NCBI GenBank assembly: GCA_965199955.1
Contig: CBDATQ010000002.1
Span: 736,001-800,000, forward strand
DNA from: Spirochaetia bacterium
Lineage (GTDB): Bacteria; Spirochaetota; Spirochaetia; SZUA-6; Bin103
Reading direction: 5' to 3'
DNA length: 64,000 nt
The position numbers were made by a program, and so were the translations under genes. Each line of letters begins with the position of its first letter. Positions within the stretch are counted from its first letter, which is position 1. This document shows positions 19,506-29,690 of this stretch, piece by piece. The notes below the pieces were generated by a model. That model was given only the letters and a program-made list of their open reading frames with translations. It made no database searches and had not been told where the DNA came from.

Positions 19506-20489
19506 TCACCAGATCGAATACTCGTTGTAGCGGCGCACGACCTGGTTTGCCGCGATCAGCAGCACGAACCCCACGACGTTCTGGAACAGGTTGATGGCGG
19601 TGGCGTAGGAGTACTTGGCGCCTTGGATGCCGGACCGGTAGACCAGCGTCTCGAACACGTCGGAGACCGACACCACCACGTCGTTGTACAGGTTGAAGAT
19701 CTGATCCCATCCCTGTTCCAGGATGTTGCCGATCTGCAGCAGCAACAGGATCGTCATGACCGGGATCAGGGCCGGAAGCGTGACGCGCAGCGCCATCTGC
19801 ATGCGGTTGGCGCCGTCGACGCTGGCGCTCTCGTACAGCTCGGAGTCGATCCCCGAAAGCGCGGCCAGGTAGATGATCGAGCCCCAGCCGACGCCCTGCC
19901 AGATGCCGGTCGTCACCAGCAGCGCCCGGAACGTGGGGACGTTCGTCAGGAAGCTGACGGGCTCCAGCCCGAAGACAGCCATGAGGTATGGGACGGCGCC
20001 GGTCTGCATCGACAGCAGCTCCCTGACGATGCCGCCCAGGACGACCCAGGAGAGAAAGTGAGGGAGGTAGCTGACCGACTGGACCGCGCGCTTGTAGGGG
20101 GCGTTGCGGACCTCGTTGAGCAGCAGCGCCAGGATGATCGGCGCCGGAAAGCCGATCGCCAGGCGCAGCAGGCTGAGGATCACCGTGTTGCGCAGCACGC
20201 GCCAGAAGAAGAAGTCGTTGAACACCCAACTGAACCACTTGAAGTTGTTCCAGGTACTGCCCAGGATGCCCTTGACGATGTTGTAGTCCACGAAGGCGAT
20301 GCCCACGCCGTACATGGGGATGTACTTGAAGACGATCAGCAGCGTCACCGCCGGGACCAGCAGCGCGTAGAAGGGTCGCATGCGCCACGCGCGCTCCAGG
20401 GTCTGCCGCCGATCGAAGCGGCGCGTCGCCTTCGGGTCGGCCGCCGGCTCCTCGTGCGGTGTCGACGACAGGCTGGGAGACTCGCTCAT
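19506..20489 (-). CDS. ABC permease (LplB-like), copy 2
   Basis: Same motifs; close paralog of 18390-19415. Confidence 0.92.
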   Translation of the reverse strand: MSESPSLSSTPHEEPAADPKATRRFDRRQTLERAWRMRPFYALLVPAVTLLIVFKYIPMYGVGIAFVDYNIVKGILGSTWNNFKWFSWVFNDFFFWRVLRNTVILSLLRLAIGFPAPIILALLLNEVRNAPYKRAVQSVSYLPHFLSWVVLGGIVRELLSMQTGAVPYLMAVFGLEPVSFLTNVPTFRALLVTTGIWQGVGWGSIIYLAALSGIDSELYESASVDGANRMQMALRVTLPALIPVMTILLLLQIGNILEQGWDQIFNLYNDVVVSVSDVFETLVYRSGIQGAKYSYATAINLFQNVVGFVLLIAANQVVRRYNEYSIW

Positions 20490-20515
20490 GCAGGGAGAGG
20501 TGCTTGGCCCGGCGC

Positions 20516-20544
20516 ACACTAGTGAGGACGGGAACGTGTGTCAA
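20516..20544 (-). promoter_or_regulatory. Sigma70-type promoter of permease operon
   Basis: Minus strand TTGACA-N17-TAGTGT. Confidence 0.65.
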
Positions 20545-20559
20545 ACGCGCTTCTGTGTG

Positions 20560-20853
20560 ACGCACCAGGCGTCAGAGCGTACGCGCACATCATGTAATGA
20601 AGCTCAAGCAGGGCCTCGCAGCGGGTACGGACGAGTTGATTCCGGCGGACTTTGGCGATCGCATTCTCGACGGTGAAAGCCCGGTTCGTGTGTGGCGGGA
20701 GTACCGGGGTCTCAGCGTCAAGCAACTGGCTGCGGGCGCCCAGATCAGCGCTGCCTACCTGTCACAGATCGAGGGCGGCAGCCGCAACGGTTCCCTTTCG
20801 ACCATGAAGGCGTTGGCGAGTGCCTGTCCCTGGACGTGGATGACTTGACGTAA
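20560..20853 (+). pseudogene. XRE-HTH antitoxin remnant (HigA-like)
   Basis: ELIPA..GESPVRVWREYRGLS..LSQIEGG; N-terminus disrupted, frameshift near 20825 (intact end would read LSLDVDDLT-stop); no toxin adjacent. Confidence 0.7.
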
Positions 20854-20964
20854 GATGCCTCGGGTGCTCCCTGAAGGGAGCCGACGCGGTTGCTGGATGA
20901 AGAGCGCGGAGACCGTTGGGTCCGGGTTTCACGCCGCGACGATACAAAGAGAGGAAACGCACAC

Positions 20965-21759
20965 ATGAGAATCGATCGCTATCTGCAGGGGACGCCGTCG
21001 TGGGTCGACCTGTCCACCACCGATCAGGATGCCGCCAAGGCGTTCTATGCCGGCCTGTTCGGCTGGAGCTACCGCGACATGCCGGTGGACGACACCGGCG
21101 AGCGGCTGTACACGACGGCTACCATCGACGGAGCCAGCGTGGCCGGAATGTGCACGCAGCCGCCCGAGGAGGCGCAGATGGGCGTGCCCCCGCACTGGAA
21201 CGTCTACCTGACGGTGGACGACGCCGACGCCACCGCGGTGCGCGCCGTCGAGCACGGCGGGGAAGTGCTGGCCGAGCCGTTCGACGTGTTCGACGCCGGC
21301 CGCATGGCGACCATCAAGGACCCGACCGGCGCCGTCGTGTCGCTCTGGCAGCCGCGGGGCAGCATCGGCGTGCAGATCCGGGCCGAGCACGGCGCGCTCT
21401 GCTGGACGGAGATCCTGACCGGCGATCCCGCCGCGGCGGCCGAATTCCTGGCCGCGCTGCTGGACGTCCGTACGGAGACCGCCCCGATGCCGGACGGCGT
21501 CGAGTACACGGTCGTCATGGCGGGGGAGAATCCGGTCGCCGGCGTGATGAAGATGCCCGAGCACCTGATGGAGATGCGCCACCCCGCGCACTGGGGCACG
21601 TACATGCAGGTCGACGACACGGACGCTGCTGTCGCGGCGGCGGAGGCCGGCGGCGGCTCGGTGCTGATGCCCGCCGCGGACATCGCGACCGTGGGGCGCA
21701 TCGCCGTCATCGCCGATCCGCAGCGAGCCGCGCTCGGCCTGATGACCCCCGAACAATAG
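20965..21759 (+). CDS. Two-domain VOC/glyoxalase family protein
   Basis: GTPSWVDL..FYAGLFGW..HWNVYLTVDD..DPTGA, repeated domain. Confidence 0.9.
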   Translation: MRIDRYLQGTPSWVDLSTTDQDAAKAFYAGLFGWSYRDMPVDDTGERLYTTATIDGASVAGMCTQPPEEAQMGVPPHWNVYLTVDDADATAVRAVEHGGEVLAEPFDVFDAGRMATIKDPTGAVVSLWQPRGSIGVQIRAEHGALCWTEILTGDPAAAAEFLAALLDVRTETAPMPDGVEYTVVMAGENPVAGVMKMPEHLMEMRHPAHWGTYMQVDDTDAAVAAAEAGGGSVLMPAADIATVGRIAVIADPQRAALGLMTPEQ

Positions 21760-21769
21760 CGCTGCTGCC

Positions 21770-22738
21770 GTGCACTATCGGACCCTCGGGCGCAGCGGTA
21801 TCGAGGTGAGCCTGCTCGGCTTCGGTACCGGTGGCCCCACCACGTTCACTGAGGCAAGCATCTCCGACTCGGACAAGACGCGCCTCCTGCGCCGCTGCCT
21901 GGATCACGGCATCAACCTGATCGACACCTCGCAGGGGTACGGCGACAGCGAGCTGTTCCTTGGCGCCGCGCTGGCCGGCGTGCCGCGCGACAGCTACCTG
22001 CTGTCCACCAAGTGGGCGTACTCGCAGTGGACGGGAATCGACAGCGAACCGGTGGAGGGCGACCTGATCGGTGATCCGCGGGCGCTGGAGGACGCGGTCG
22101 ACGCCAGTCTCAAGCGGCTGCGGACCGACTACGTCGACGTCATGTTCATTCACGGGCTCAAGCCGGAGGACTACGACGCGGTCCACGAACAGCACGGACC
22201 GGCGATCGAACGGCTCAAGCAGGCCGGCAAGATCCGCCTGGCCGGCTTCAGTGAGCGGATGGGCGACGACCTGGAGCACCAGGTCACGATCGACGCCGTC
22301 ACCCGGCATCCGTCCTTCTGGGACGTGTCGATGCTGCGCTACGGCATCCTCAACCAGTGCGCCCGCGACCGGGCGCTGCCGCTGGCCGCCGAGCACGGGC
22401 TCGCGGTGATGAACATGTCGCCGGCGCGCTACTTGCTGCCGCATCCGGAGCAACTCGCCGAGCGGATCGCGGCCTGGAAGGCGGACGGATCGCTGGCGCC
22501 GGATGCGGTGCCGGACGACGATCCTCTCGGCTGGCTCATGCACGGCGAGGTCGAGTCGGTGGTGGCCGCCGGCATGAAGGTCGCGGCCGACCATCCCGGG
22601 GTCTCCACCGTGCTGACCGGCACCCGCAGCTTCGACCACCTGGAGGCCAACATCCGGGCTCTGGAGGAGCCCCGCCTGCCGGACGCCGATCACGAACGCC
22701 TGGTCCGGCTGTTCAGCTTCGCCCGCGAGTGGCGGTGA
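21770..22738 (+). CDS. Aldo/keto reductase
   Basis: YRTLGRSG, IDTSQGYG, LSTK, SLKRLRTDYVD. Confidence 0.9.
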   Translation: MHYRTLGRSGIEVSLLGFGTGGPTTFTEASISDSDKTRLLRRCLDHGINLIDTSQGYGDSELFLGAALAGVPRDSYLLSTKWAYSQWTGIDSEPVEGDLIGDPRALEDAVDASLKRLRTDYVDVMFIHGLKPEDYDAVHEQHGPAIERLKQAGKIRLAGFSERMGDDLEHQVTIDAVTRHPSFWDVSMLRYGILNQCARDRALPLAAEHGLAVMNMSPARYLLPHPEQLAERIAAWKADGSLAPDAVPDDDPLGWLMHGEVESVVAAGMKVAADHPGVSTVLTGTRSFDHLEANIRALEEPRLPDADHERLVRLFSFAREWR

Positions 22739-22831
22739 CCCGTCACCGGTGCACGGCCAACACCGTGGCCGAGTGGTCGGTGGAGTCCGGCGTGGGCCGT
22801 GCCGACCCGTACGCGGAGGTCTGCCTGCGCG

Positions 22832-23842
22832 CTAGCTCGGCTCTAGCTCGAACAGACGAGTGGCGTTGTTCCAGAACACGTCCTCGACCTGCCGGTCGGT
22901 GAGCCGCTCCGCCCAGCACGCCCACTTCACCGAGCGCAGGTGCTCCAGGACGATGGAGACCGGCTTGATCGTCATGTGCTTCTCCTTCCAGACCGGCGCG
23001 TCGTCGTAGACCCAGAAGAAGGTGTCGGCGACCGCGGAGTGGCGGCCGTGGCTGTGGCTGGCGGCGCCGAAATCGGTGCCGAACATGAGGCGGTCGTGGC
23101 CGAAGATGCGCATGATCGCCACGTGCGCCATCGGCTCGCAGTTGGCGCTGGAGTCGAAGTACAAGTTCGGCAGGTCGGCCAGCGCCGGCAGCCCCTCGAA
23201 GTTGTGTGACGGCTGAAAACCGCGCGCCGAGTGGGCCAGGATGAGCTTCATGTCCGGGTAGCGCTCGCAATAGGTGCGGATCCAGTGCTGGTTGCCGGGG
23301 TCGGCGACCGCCCGGTCCTTGACCATGTGCAGGGTCACGTACCACCCCTCCTCGTGGGCGACCTGCATCACCGCCTCCGGCAGGTACTCCGGGATCTCGG
23401 AGTCCAGAGTCGGCGTGCGCAGCGAGAAGGTGTGGTAGCACTTGAGCCCTCGCAGGCCGAGCCGGCGGGCATGCTCGCGCACCCACTCCGGGTCGTCCTC
23501 CGGCTTGACCAGGAAGGCCCCGCGGCAGGTCGGCTTGCCTTCCAGGGACGCTCCGACCCACTCGCTGACACTCAGGGTCTGCTCCCGCTTCTTGACGGCC
23601 GGCTTGGGCAGGAACCAGGCGCCCAGCGTCCGGTCCGGGAACACCTCCCCGCTCAGACGCAGGTAGTCGTCGCTGTTCATGTCGGCCGGAAAGCCCGGCG
23701 GCAGTGGGGCGGCGTAGGCGTCGCCGCGCCACAGGTGGGCGTGGCAGTCGAACACCCTGTCGGGGACGAAGGACGCCAGCTCGTGCTCGAAGAACTCGCG
23801 GTCGTGGTCCTGGTAGGCGTGGTCGCCGGTGTACTTGATCAC
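22832..23842 (-). CDS. Amidohydrolase family protein
   Basis: DCHAH, LKCYH, LAH, FGTD; likely start GTG23842 after TACCAT-N7. Confidence 0.8.
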   Translation of the reverse strand: MIKYTGDHAYQDHDREFFEHELASFVPDRVFDCHAHLWRGDAYAAPLPPGFPADMNSDDYLRLSGEVFPDRTLGAWFLPKPAVKKREQTLSVSEWVGASLEGKPTCRGAFLVKPEDDPEWVREHARRLGLRGLKCYHTFSLRTPTLDSEIPEYLPEAVMQVAHEEGWYVTLHMVKDRAVADPGNQHWIRTYCERYPDMKLILAHSARGFQPSHNFEGLPALADLPNLYFDSSANCEPMAHVAIMRIFGHDRLMFGTDFGAASHSHGRHSAVADTFFWVYDDAPVWKEKHMTIKPVSIVLEHLRSVKWACWAERLTDRQVEDVFWNNATRLFELEPS

Positions 23843-23859
23843 GAGCCGGATGGTAGGGG

Positions 23860-24193
23860 CGGGAAGCGCGCGTGCCAACCGCACGTCCCGCAGGTGGTGA
23901 CCCCGTGGCGGTCGAAGGCGCTGCCGGCTCGGGCACAGGCCGTCGGCGCTGGTGCAGTTGCAGTCGCTGTTGGTGAACTCGGCCGGGTCGCCCCACACCG
24001 AGTCGCGGAAGGCGGGCACCAGCAGGGTGCCGCCGTCACCGACCGCGTCCAGTAGCGCGTCGGCCACGGTCGCGGCGCCGCCGTCCACCGGTCACAGCGC
24101 GCTCAGGCTGCTGTGCATCATCACCGCCGCGCCGGGCCGGAGGCCCAGGTCCCGGAGTTCCGCGTAGAGTTGCGAACGCGTGGCAGGCGGCAT
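23860..24193 (-). pseudogene. AAC(3)-family N-acetyltransferase remnant
   Basis: LRDLGL..VMMHSSLSAL-TGA-PVDGGAATV..GTLLVPAF; in-frame stop 24092-24094; most of C-terminal domain absent. Confidence 0.75.
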
Positions 24194-24258
24194 GGGCAGA
24201 GCGTAGAACGGCGTCCGGCCGGTACCCAAGCGGGGACCCGTCCCGTAAGCTGCGGCCG

Positions 24259-25251
24259 ATGGCTGAGAAGATACGGATCGGTCTGATCGGATACGGCGGC
24301 TGGACGCGCACCGCCTACGTGCCGGCTCTCCAAGCCGACGGACGCGCGCGGGTCGTGGCGGTGGCGGCGCCCAGCGCGGAGACCCGGGAGCGCGCCGGGC
24401 GCGAGCTTGGGCCGGAGGTGGCGGTGTACGCATCCGCCGGCGAGTTGCTTGCCGGTACGACCGTGGACGGCGTGATGGTGGCCGTGTCGGAGGCGGCGCA
24501 CGCGGAAGCGATCGGCGCGGCGCTCGACGCCGGAACGGCCGTCCTCTACGAGGGGCCGCTCGCGGCCACGCGGGAGGAGATGCCGGCGATGATCGAGCGC
24601 CTGGAGGCCGCGCCCGCTCCCACGCACGCCGACATCGAGCTTGGCTTCCTGCCGGTCGTGCGGCGCGCGGCGGAGCTGGTCGCGGGCGGGACGGTGGGCA
24701 TCCCGCAGTTCGCGGAGGTGCGGCTGGAGTCCGACTGGGGCGCGCGGCCGGAGGAGGACCTCTGCAAGGTCGATCACCTGGCGCCGTGGTACGTCGATCC
24801 GCTCGACCGAGTGCTCGGCAGGACCGCCGCGCGCGTCCTGACCATGGACGGCTCGGGAACGGCCGGCCGGGCGCAGGCGCAGAGCGCCATGCAGCTCGAT
24901 TACGGCGGCTGCTGGGGAACCTTCGCTGTCAACACCGGTGCCGTGTCCGGCCCCGACATGCGCATTGCGGTCACCGGTACCGCCGGCGACGTGCGCGTCG
25001 ACCTGCTCACGGGCGGACTGCGCTGGCGCAGTGCCGCCAGTCCGGCCTGGACGATCGAAAGCTGCCCGCCGATCGAGCCGATCCTGGGACTGCCCGGCAT
25101 GCACGAGTGCGTGCGCGCCTTCCTGGACTGCATCGAATCGGGCTCCGAGGGCGAGGCGGGGCGCCATCGGGTCGCCCGCCTGCATCGGCTCGGCTTGGCC
25201 GCCGAGCGGTCACGCGACACCGGCACCTGGGCGGAGGTCGAGTCGTCGTAG
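24259..25251 (+). CDS. Gfo/Idh/MocA oxidoreductase
   Basis: IRIGLIGYG Rossmann start; EKP motif altered to EGP. Confidence 0.82.
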   Translation: MAEKIRIGLIGYGGWTRTAYVPALQADGRARVVAVAAPSAETRERAGRELGPEVAVYASAGELLAGTTVDGVMVAVSEAAHAEAIGAALDAGTAVLYEGPLAATREEMPAMIERLEAAPAPTHADIELGFLPVVRRAAELVAGGTVGIPQFAEVRLESDWGARPEEDLCKVDHLAPWYVDPLDRVLGRTAARVLTMDGSGTAGRAQAQSAMQLDYGGCWGTFAVNTGAVSGPDMRIAVTGTAGDVRVDLLTGGLRWRSAASPAWTIESCPPIEPILGLPGMHECVRAFLDCIESGSEGEAGRHRVARLHRLGLAAERSRDTGTWAEVESS

Positions 25252-25256
25252 CTCGG

Positions 25257-26219
25257 TCAGTCCGGCTGACTGCCGCGCAGCCGGCCGATCTCCTCGAAGC
25301 TGAGTTCGAGCTCCAGGGCCGCGGCATTGTCTGCGAACTCGCCGGGGGTCGCCGAGGCGGCGATCGGGTACACGTCCAGGCCGGTCTGCATGATGTAGGC
25401 TAGGGCGACGCGTGCGGCCGACACGCCGTGCGCGCGGCCGATCGCCTGCGCCGTTTCCAGGCGGGTGAAGTTGCCGTCCGAGCAGTAGGTGGAGGCGGAA
25501 AGCTCTTCCCGGCCGGAGTCCGGCCGCGGCTTGTCGCGGCCGAAACGGCCCGAGAAGAAGCCCCCGGCCAGGCTCGACCAGGAGAATACCGGGAGCTGCG
25601 TGCGGCGGTACCAGTCCCGGTCCTCGGCCGCCTCCGGTCCGGCGATCGACAGGCAGCCCGCCCACGGCGCCTGGAGCTGCACGGCCAGGCTGTAGTTGGG
25701 GCTTGAGGCCGCGAACGCCGGCAGTCCGTGGCGAGCCGCGTAGGCGTTTGCCGCCTCGATGCGCGGCACGCTCCAGTTGGAGCCGCCGTAGGCGTGGATG
25801 CGGCCGGCCGCGTGGTGCTCGGCCATCGTGGCCACGATCGCGTCGACCGGGAGTGTGGGGTCGTCGCGGTGCAGCAGGTACAGGTCGACGTAGTCGGTGC
25901 GCAGCCGGATGAGCGAGTCCATCAGGTCGGAGGTCAGGTCGGCCGGCGTGACCCGGTCGCGGTCCTGGTTGTGGTGGCACCCCTTGGTGATGATCACCAC
26001 CTGCCCGCGGTTGCCGCGCCGCTCCATCCAGGCGCCCAGCACCCGCTCGCACTCGCCGCCGCCGTAGTTCCACGCCGAGTCGAAGGTGGTGCCGCCGGCC
26101 GCGAACACCCCGTCCAGCAGGGTCATGCCCTGCTCCATGTCGTCCGTGGTCAGCATGGTCGTGCCGTGCACGATGCGCGCCACGGGTTTGCCGACCCCGT
26201 TCACCCGTCCGCACTTCAT
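25257..26219 (-). CDS. Aldo/keto reductase
   Basis: FDSAWNY, ITK, LRTDYVDLYLLHRDD, GGSNW; AGGAGG RBS. Confidence 0.9.
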   Translation of the reverse strand: MKCGRVNGVGKPVARIVHGTTMLTTDDMEQGMTLLDGVFAAGGTTFDSAWNYGGGECERVLGAWMERRGNRGQVVIITKGCHHNQDRDRVTPADLTSDLMDSLIRLRTDYVDLYLLHRDDPTLPVDAIVATMAEHHAAGRIHAYGGSNWSVPRIEAANAYAARHGLPAFAASSPNYSLAVQLQAPWAGCLSIAGPEAAEDRDWYRRTQLPVFSWSSLAGGFFSGRFGRDKPRPDSGREELSASTYCSDGNFTRLETAQAIGRAHGVSAARVALAYIMQTGLDVYPIAASATPGEFADNAAALELELSFEEIGRLRGSQPD

Positions 26220-26309
26220 CCGATCATCCTCCTGCCTGTCCCGGCCGCGGTCGACGCGGTCGCCGCGGCGCGCGCCGATCGTTAGTATGCCCGAACGGAG
26301 GTATCGCCG

Positions 26310-27524
26310 ATGAGTTCAGAGTGTTGCGGGTGGGACGATCTGCTGGCCCGCTCGGTGCCGAGCGAGCCGGTGGCGCGCACGGCGCATCCGACGGCACCGT
26401 ACGACTTCGGGGTCGCCTATCCCGATCCCGACTCGCTGCCGCTCGACGCGCTGGTCGAGTGCCTGCGTGAAGAGCTGGCCGTCGCCGGACGCAGCCTGGC
26501 GCACTACCCGCACCCGCTCGGCTATCCGCCGCTGCGCGAGTGGCTGACCGGCCGGCTCGCGGAGACGCGCGGATTCACGGTGGACGCCGACAGCATTCTC
26601 CTGGGCTCCGGGTCGAGCGAGCCCAACTTCCTGGTCGCGCAGGCGCTGGTCGACCCCGGTGACGTGGTGCTGGTCGAGGACTTCACCTATGCCGGCACGC
26701 TCGGCATCCTGCGTCGCTTCGGCGCCGACATCCGCGGCGTGGAATCTGACGACGACGGCATGCTGCCCGACTCGCTGGAGTACCAGATCCAGGCCGCATT
26801 GCAGGACGGCAAGCGCGTGAAGGCGGTCTATACGGTGCCGACCTTTCAGAACCCGCTCGGCTGGGTCGAGTCGATGGCGCGGCGCGAGGCCGTGAGCGAG
26901 ATCACCGGCCGCTACGGCGTGCCGGTGTGGGAGGACGACTGCTACGTCGACCTGGCCTTCGAGGGCCAGGAGGTGCCGGCGGCGATGCGCTCGCTCGACG
27001 ACAGCGGCCGCACCATCTACGTCGCCTCCTTCTCGAAGAACATCGGACCGGGCATGCGCATCGGTTACGTGACCGCGGCCCCGGACCTGATGGATCGCAT
27101 GATGGCCGTCAAGGGCGTCGGCGCCGTCAGTCAGTTCACCGCCATGGCCGTGCACCGCTATGCCGAGAGCGGAGGGCTTGCCGCCCACATCGGCCGCGTA
27201 CGCGGCTTGCTGCAGGCCAAGCGTGACGCGATCCTGGCGGCGCTCGAGACGCACTTGGGCGGACGCGCGCGTTGGACCAGCCCGTCCGGCGGCCTGTTCG
27301 TGTTCGTGCAGATGCTCGACGGCTCGGATGCGGTGGCAGCCAGTGAGCGCGGCGCCGAGAACGGCGTGCTGTTCGCGCCGGGACCGCGCACCGCCGCCGA
27401 CGGCGTGTCGGGCCGCGACCGGATGCGGCTGTGCTTCGGCTGGAACCGGCCGGACGAGATGGACGCCGCCATCGCGGCGCTCGCCGGACTGCTGGAGCCG
27501 GCCGTGGAGGCGGTCGCCGGCTAA
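26310..27524 (+). CDS. PLP-dependent aminotransferase (LysN/MocR-type domain, no HTH)
   Basis: PTFQNP, EDDCY, SFSKNIGPGMRIGY. Confidence 0.88.
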   Translation: MSSECCGWDDLLARSVPSEPVARTAHPTAPYDFGVAYPDPDSLPLDALVECLREELAVAGRSLAHYPHPLGYPPLREWLTGRLAETRGFTVDADSILLGSGSSEPNFLVAQALVDPGDVVLVEDFTYAGTLGILRRFGADIRGVESDDDGMLPDSLEYQIQAALQDGKRVKAVYTVPTFQNPLGWVESMARREAVSEITGRYGVPVWEDDCYVDLAFEGQEVPAAMRSLDDSGRTIYVASFSKNIGPGMRIGYVTAAPDLMDRMMAVKGVGAVSQFTAMAVHRYAESGGLAAHIGRVRGLLQAKRDAILAALETHLGGRARWTSPSGGLFVFVQMLDGSDAVAASERGAENGVLFAPGPRTAADGVSGRDRMRLCFGWNRPDEMDAAIAALAGLLEPAVEAVAG

Positions 27525-28543
27525 GCGGAGCGCTCCAGCAGCGCGGAGAGGCGTTCGGCCAGGGACCGGCCTATTTCCATCATGCCGTAGTCGGCGGGGT
27601 GGATGAGATCGGCGCTCAGGCAGCTGATGTCGGTGAGCAGATCCGGTCCCTCGAGCAGGTGGGCGTTCGCGTGGCCGGTGGCCGCCACCGCGTCGCGCAG
27701 CTCCTGGCGGTACTCCTCCGGGGTGCCGCCATACTCGCCCGGCGGCTCCCAGCCGAAGTCGCGATAGTAGGGCCAGAGTGTGATGCAGGCGACCGGCCGG
27801 CCGGCGTCGGAGCCGGCGACGCGGTCGACCAGGTACTGGACGCGCCGCCGGAACTCCGCCATCGGGAAGCCCTGCATGTTCACCGACAAGCCCAGGCTGG
27901 CGACGTGCCAGTCGGTGCGCTCGGCCATGTAGTCGGCGATCTCCGGCTCGCAGTGCGCGGAGCCGGCCACGCCCAGGTTGATCAGGTCGGCGCCCAGGCG
28001 GCGCGCCGCGTGGCCGACGTAGGTCAGGTGTGGCCCCTCGGCGAAGTAGCCGTGCGTGATCGAGGTGCCGTAGGTGAGCAGGCGCAGTGACGGCAGCTCG
28101 TCCGCCGCCGGCGGGCGGATCTCCTCGCCTTCGACGCCGTGCAGCAGCAAGGGGTCGCGCTCGGGCCCGCCCAGGACCAGCCGCACCACGCGCGGCGAGA
28201 ACGGCATGCTGGCGGTGTAGCGGTCGGGGAGGGCTTCGAGCGCCTCGCTGGGGAAGACCTCGATGGTCTGCGGCTCGCGGCCGACGACGGCGCGCTGGTA
28301 GGAGTCGAACTGACCGAAGAAGACGCTGACGCGGGTCTGCCCGTGCGAGGAGAGCGTCACTCGCGACGGTCCCGTGGCCACGTAGCGGATCTCGGCGTTG
28401 TCCGGCTGCAGGACGCAGAGCTGCGCGCCGGGATTCAGCGCCCTGCGCACCGACGCCGGCACGCGCTGCAGCCGGTAGCCGCCGCGGCGTGCCTCGTAGC
28501 GCAGCTCGGCGACGTTGTGCAGCTCGACGCGCTCGTGGATCAT
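27521..28543 (-). CDS. SGNH/GDSL hydrolase
   Basis: YGTSITHG, NLGVAG, DLIHP. Confidence 0.85.
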   Translation of the reverse strand: MIHERVELHNVAELRYEARRGGYRLQRVPASVRRALNPGAQLCVLQPDNAEIRYVATGPSRVTLSSHGQTRVSVFFGQFDSYQRAVVGREPQTIEVFPSEALEALPDRYTASMPFSPRVVRLVLGGPERDPLLLHGVEGEEIRPPAADELPSLRLLTYGTSITHGYFAEGPHLTYVGHAARRLGADLINLGVAGSAHCEPEIADYMAERTDWHVASLGLSVNMQGFPMAEFRRRVQYLVDRVAGSDAGRPVACITLWPYYRDFGWEPPGEYGGTPEEYRQELRDAVAATGHANAHLLEGPDLLTDISCLSADLIHPADYGMMEIGRSLAERLSALLERSA

Positions 28544-28553
28544 GCGGGCAGGA

Positions 28554-29612
28554 TCATGCCGGATGGCGCAGGCGTAGCTGCCCGGCGGCCGCGCACATCG
28601 CCCTCAGCTTCAGGTACGCCTCGTCGACGGGGATCGGGTTCTGCACCGACGGGGCGAATCCGCAGTCGGGGTTGAGCACGATCCGCTCCTTGTCCACGTG
28701 GCGCATGGCGGCCTCCACGCGGGCGACGATCGTCTCCGGCGCCTCGATGGCTTCGTCGCAGTGGTCGACGCAGCCCAGCCCCAGGCGCGCGTCCCGGTGG
28801 AAGCCGGCCAGGGACTGGATGCCGCCGGCGTCCGGGGTGGCGTACTCCATCAGGATGGTGCCGACCCGCGCGCGGGCCAGGGCCGGCATGATCAGGTCGT
28901 AGGAGCCTGCGGTGCTGTGCTGGTGCTGGAAGTGGGCGTGGCACAGGTGCATGGCGGTGTCGATGCCGGCGACCCCCTCCAGGGTGCGGTTGAGCAGATC
29001 GATGCAGAGCTCCATCTCCGGCACGGGATCGCCGATGCCTTCTTCGGCGCGGAACTCCGGGTCGACCATCACGGCGAGCCACGGCTCGTCGAGCTGCACG
29101 ACGTCGGCGCCGGCAGCGCGTACCGCCTCGATCTCCCGCCGCAGGATCGGCACCACCGCCTCCATCAGGTCCTCGCGCCGGGGATAGGCGTCCCGCGAGT
29201 GGTCGGGATGCCACATGCGCCGGCCGATGATGTACGGCGCAGGCAGCGTGATCTTGAGCCGCCGCGTGGTACGTGGTCGGGCGAAGGCGACCTCCTCGGC
29301 GGCGATCGGCCGGTAATACTCGATCGGCTCGACGACCGCAGGATAGGGGATGTTGCTGATATTGAGATCGTTGCGGAAGCCGCGCACCCGCTCGGCGAAC
29401 ACCTTGACGTAGCTCTCGCGCCGCCACTCCCCGTCGGTGAGCTCGTCCAGCCCGGCGCGTTCCTGCAGGGAGATCGCCATGGCAGCGGCCCGGTCCAGGT
29501 GCGGGTCGGCATCCTCCTCGGTGATGCGGCCGTCCTTGCGGTCCAGGATCAACTCCCGCAGCCACTCGGGCCGCGGCAGGCTGCCGACGACGGTGGTGGG
29601 AAACAGCGCCAT
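28554..29612 (-). CDS. Cobalamin-independent methionine synthase II family protein
   Basis: VGSLPRP, TDGEWRR, QLDEP, HLC, NPDCG. Confidence 0.9.
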   Translation of the reverse strand: MALFPTTVVGSLPRPEWLRELILDRKDGRITEEDADPHLDRAAAMAISLQERAGLDELTDGEWRRESYVKVFAERVRGFRNDLNISNIPYPAVVEPIEYYRPIAAEEVAFARPRTTRRLKITLPAPYIIGRRMWHPDHSRDAYPRREDLMEAVVPILRREIEAVRAAGADVVQLDEPWLAVMVDPEFRAEEGIGDPVPEMELCIDLLNRTLEGVAGIDTAMHLCHAHFQHQHSTAGSYDLIMPALARARVGTILMEYATPDAGGIQSLAGFHRDARLGLGCVDHCDEAIEAPETIVARVEAAMRHVDKERIVLNPDCGFAPSVQNPIPVDEAYLKLRAMCAAAGQLRLRHPA

Positions 29613-29690
29613 GTCTCTTACCTCGCGGTCACGAGCATACGCGCGCGGCAGCGCTCACCGCCAGCCGGCCGGGATCGTTGTGCGTCTCGG

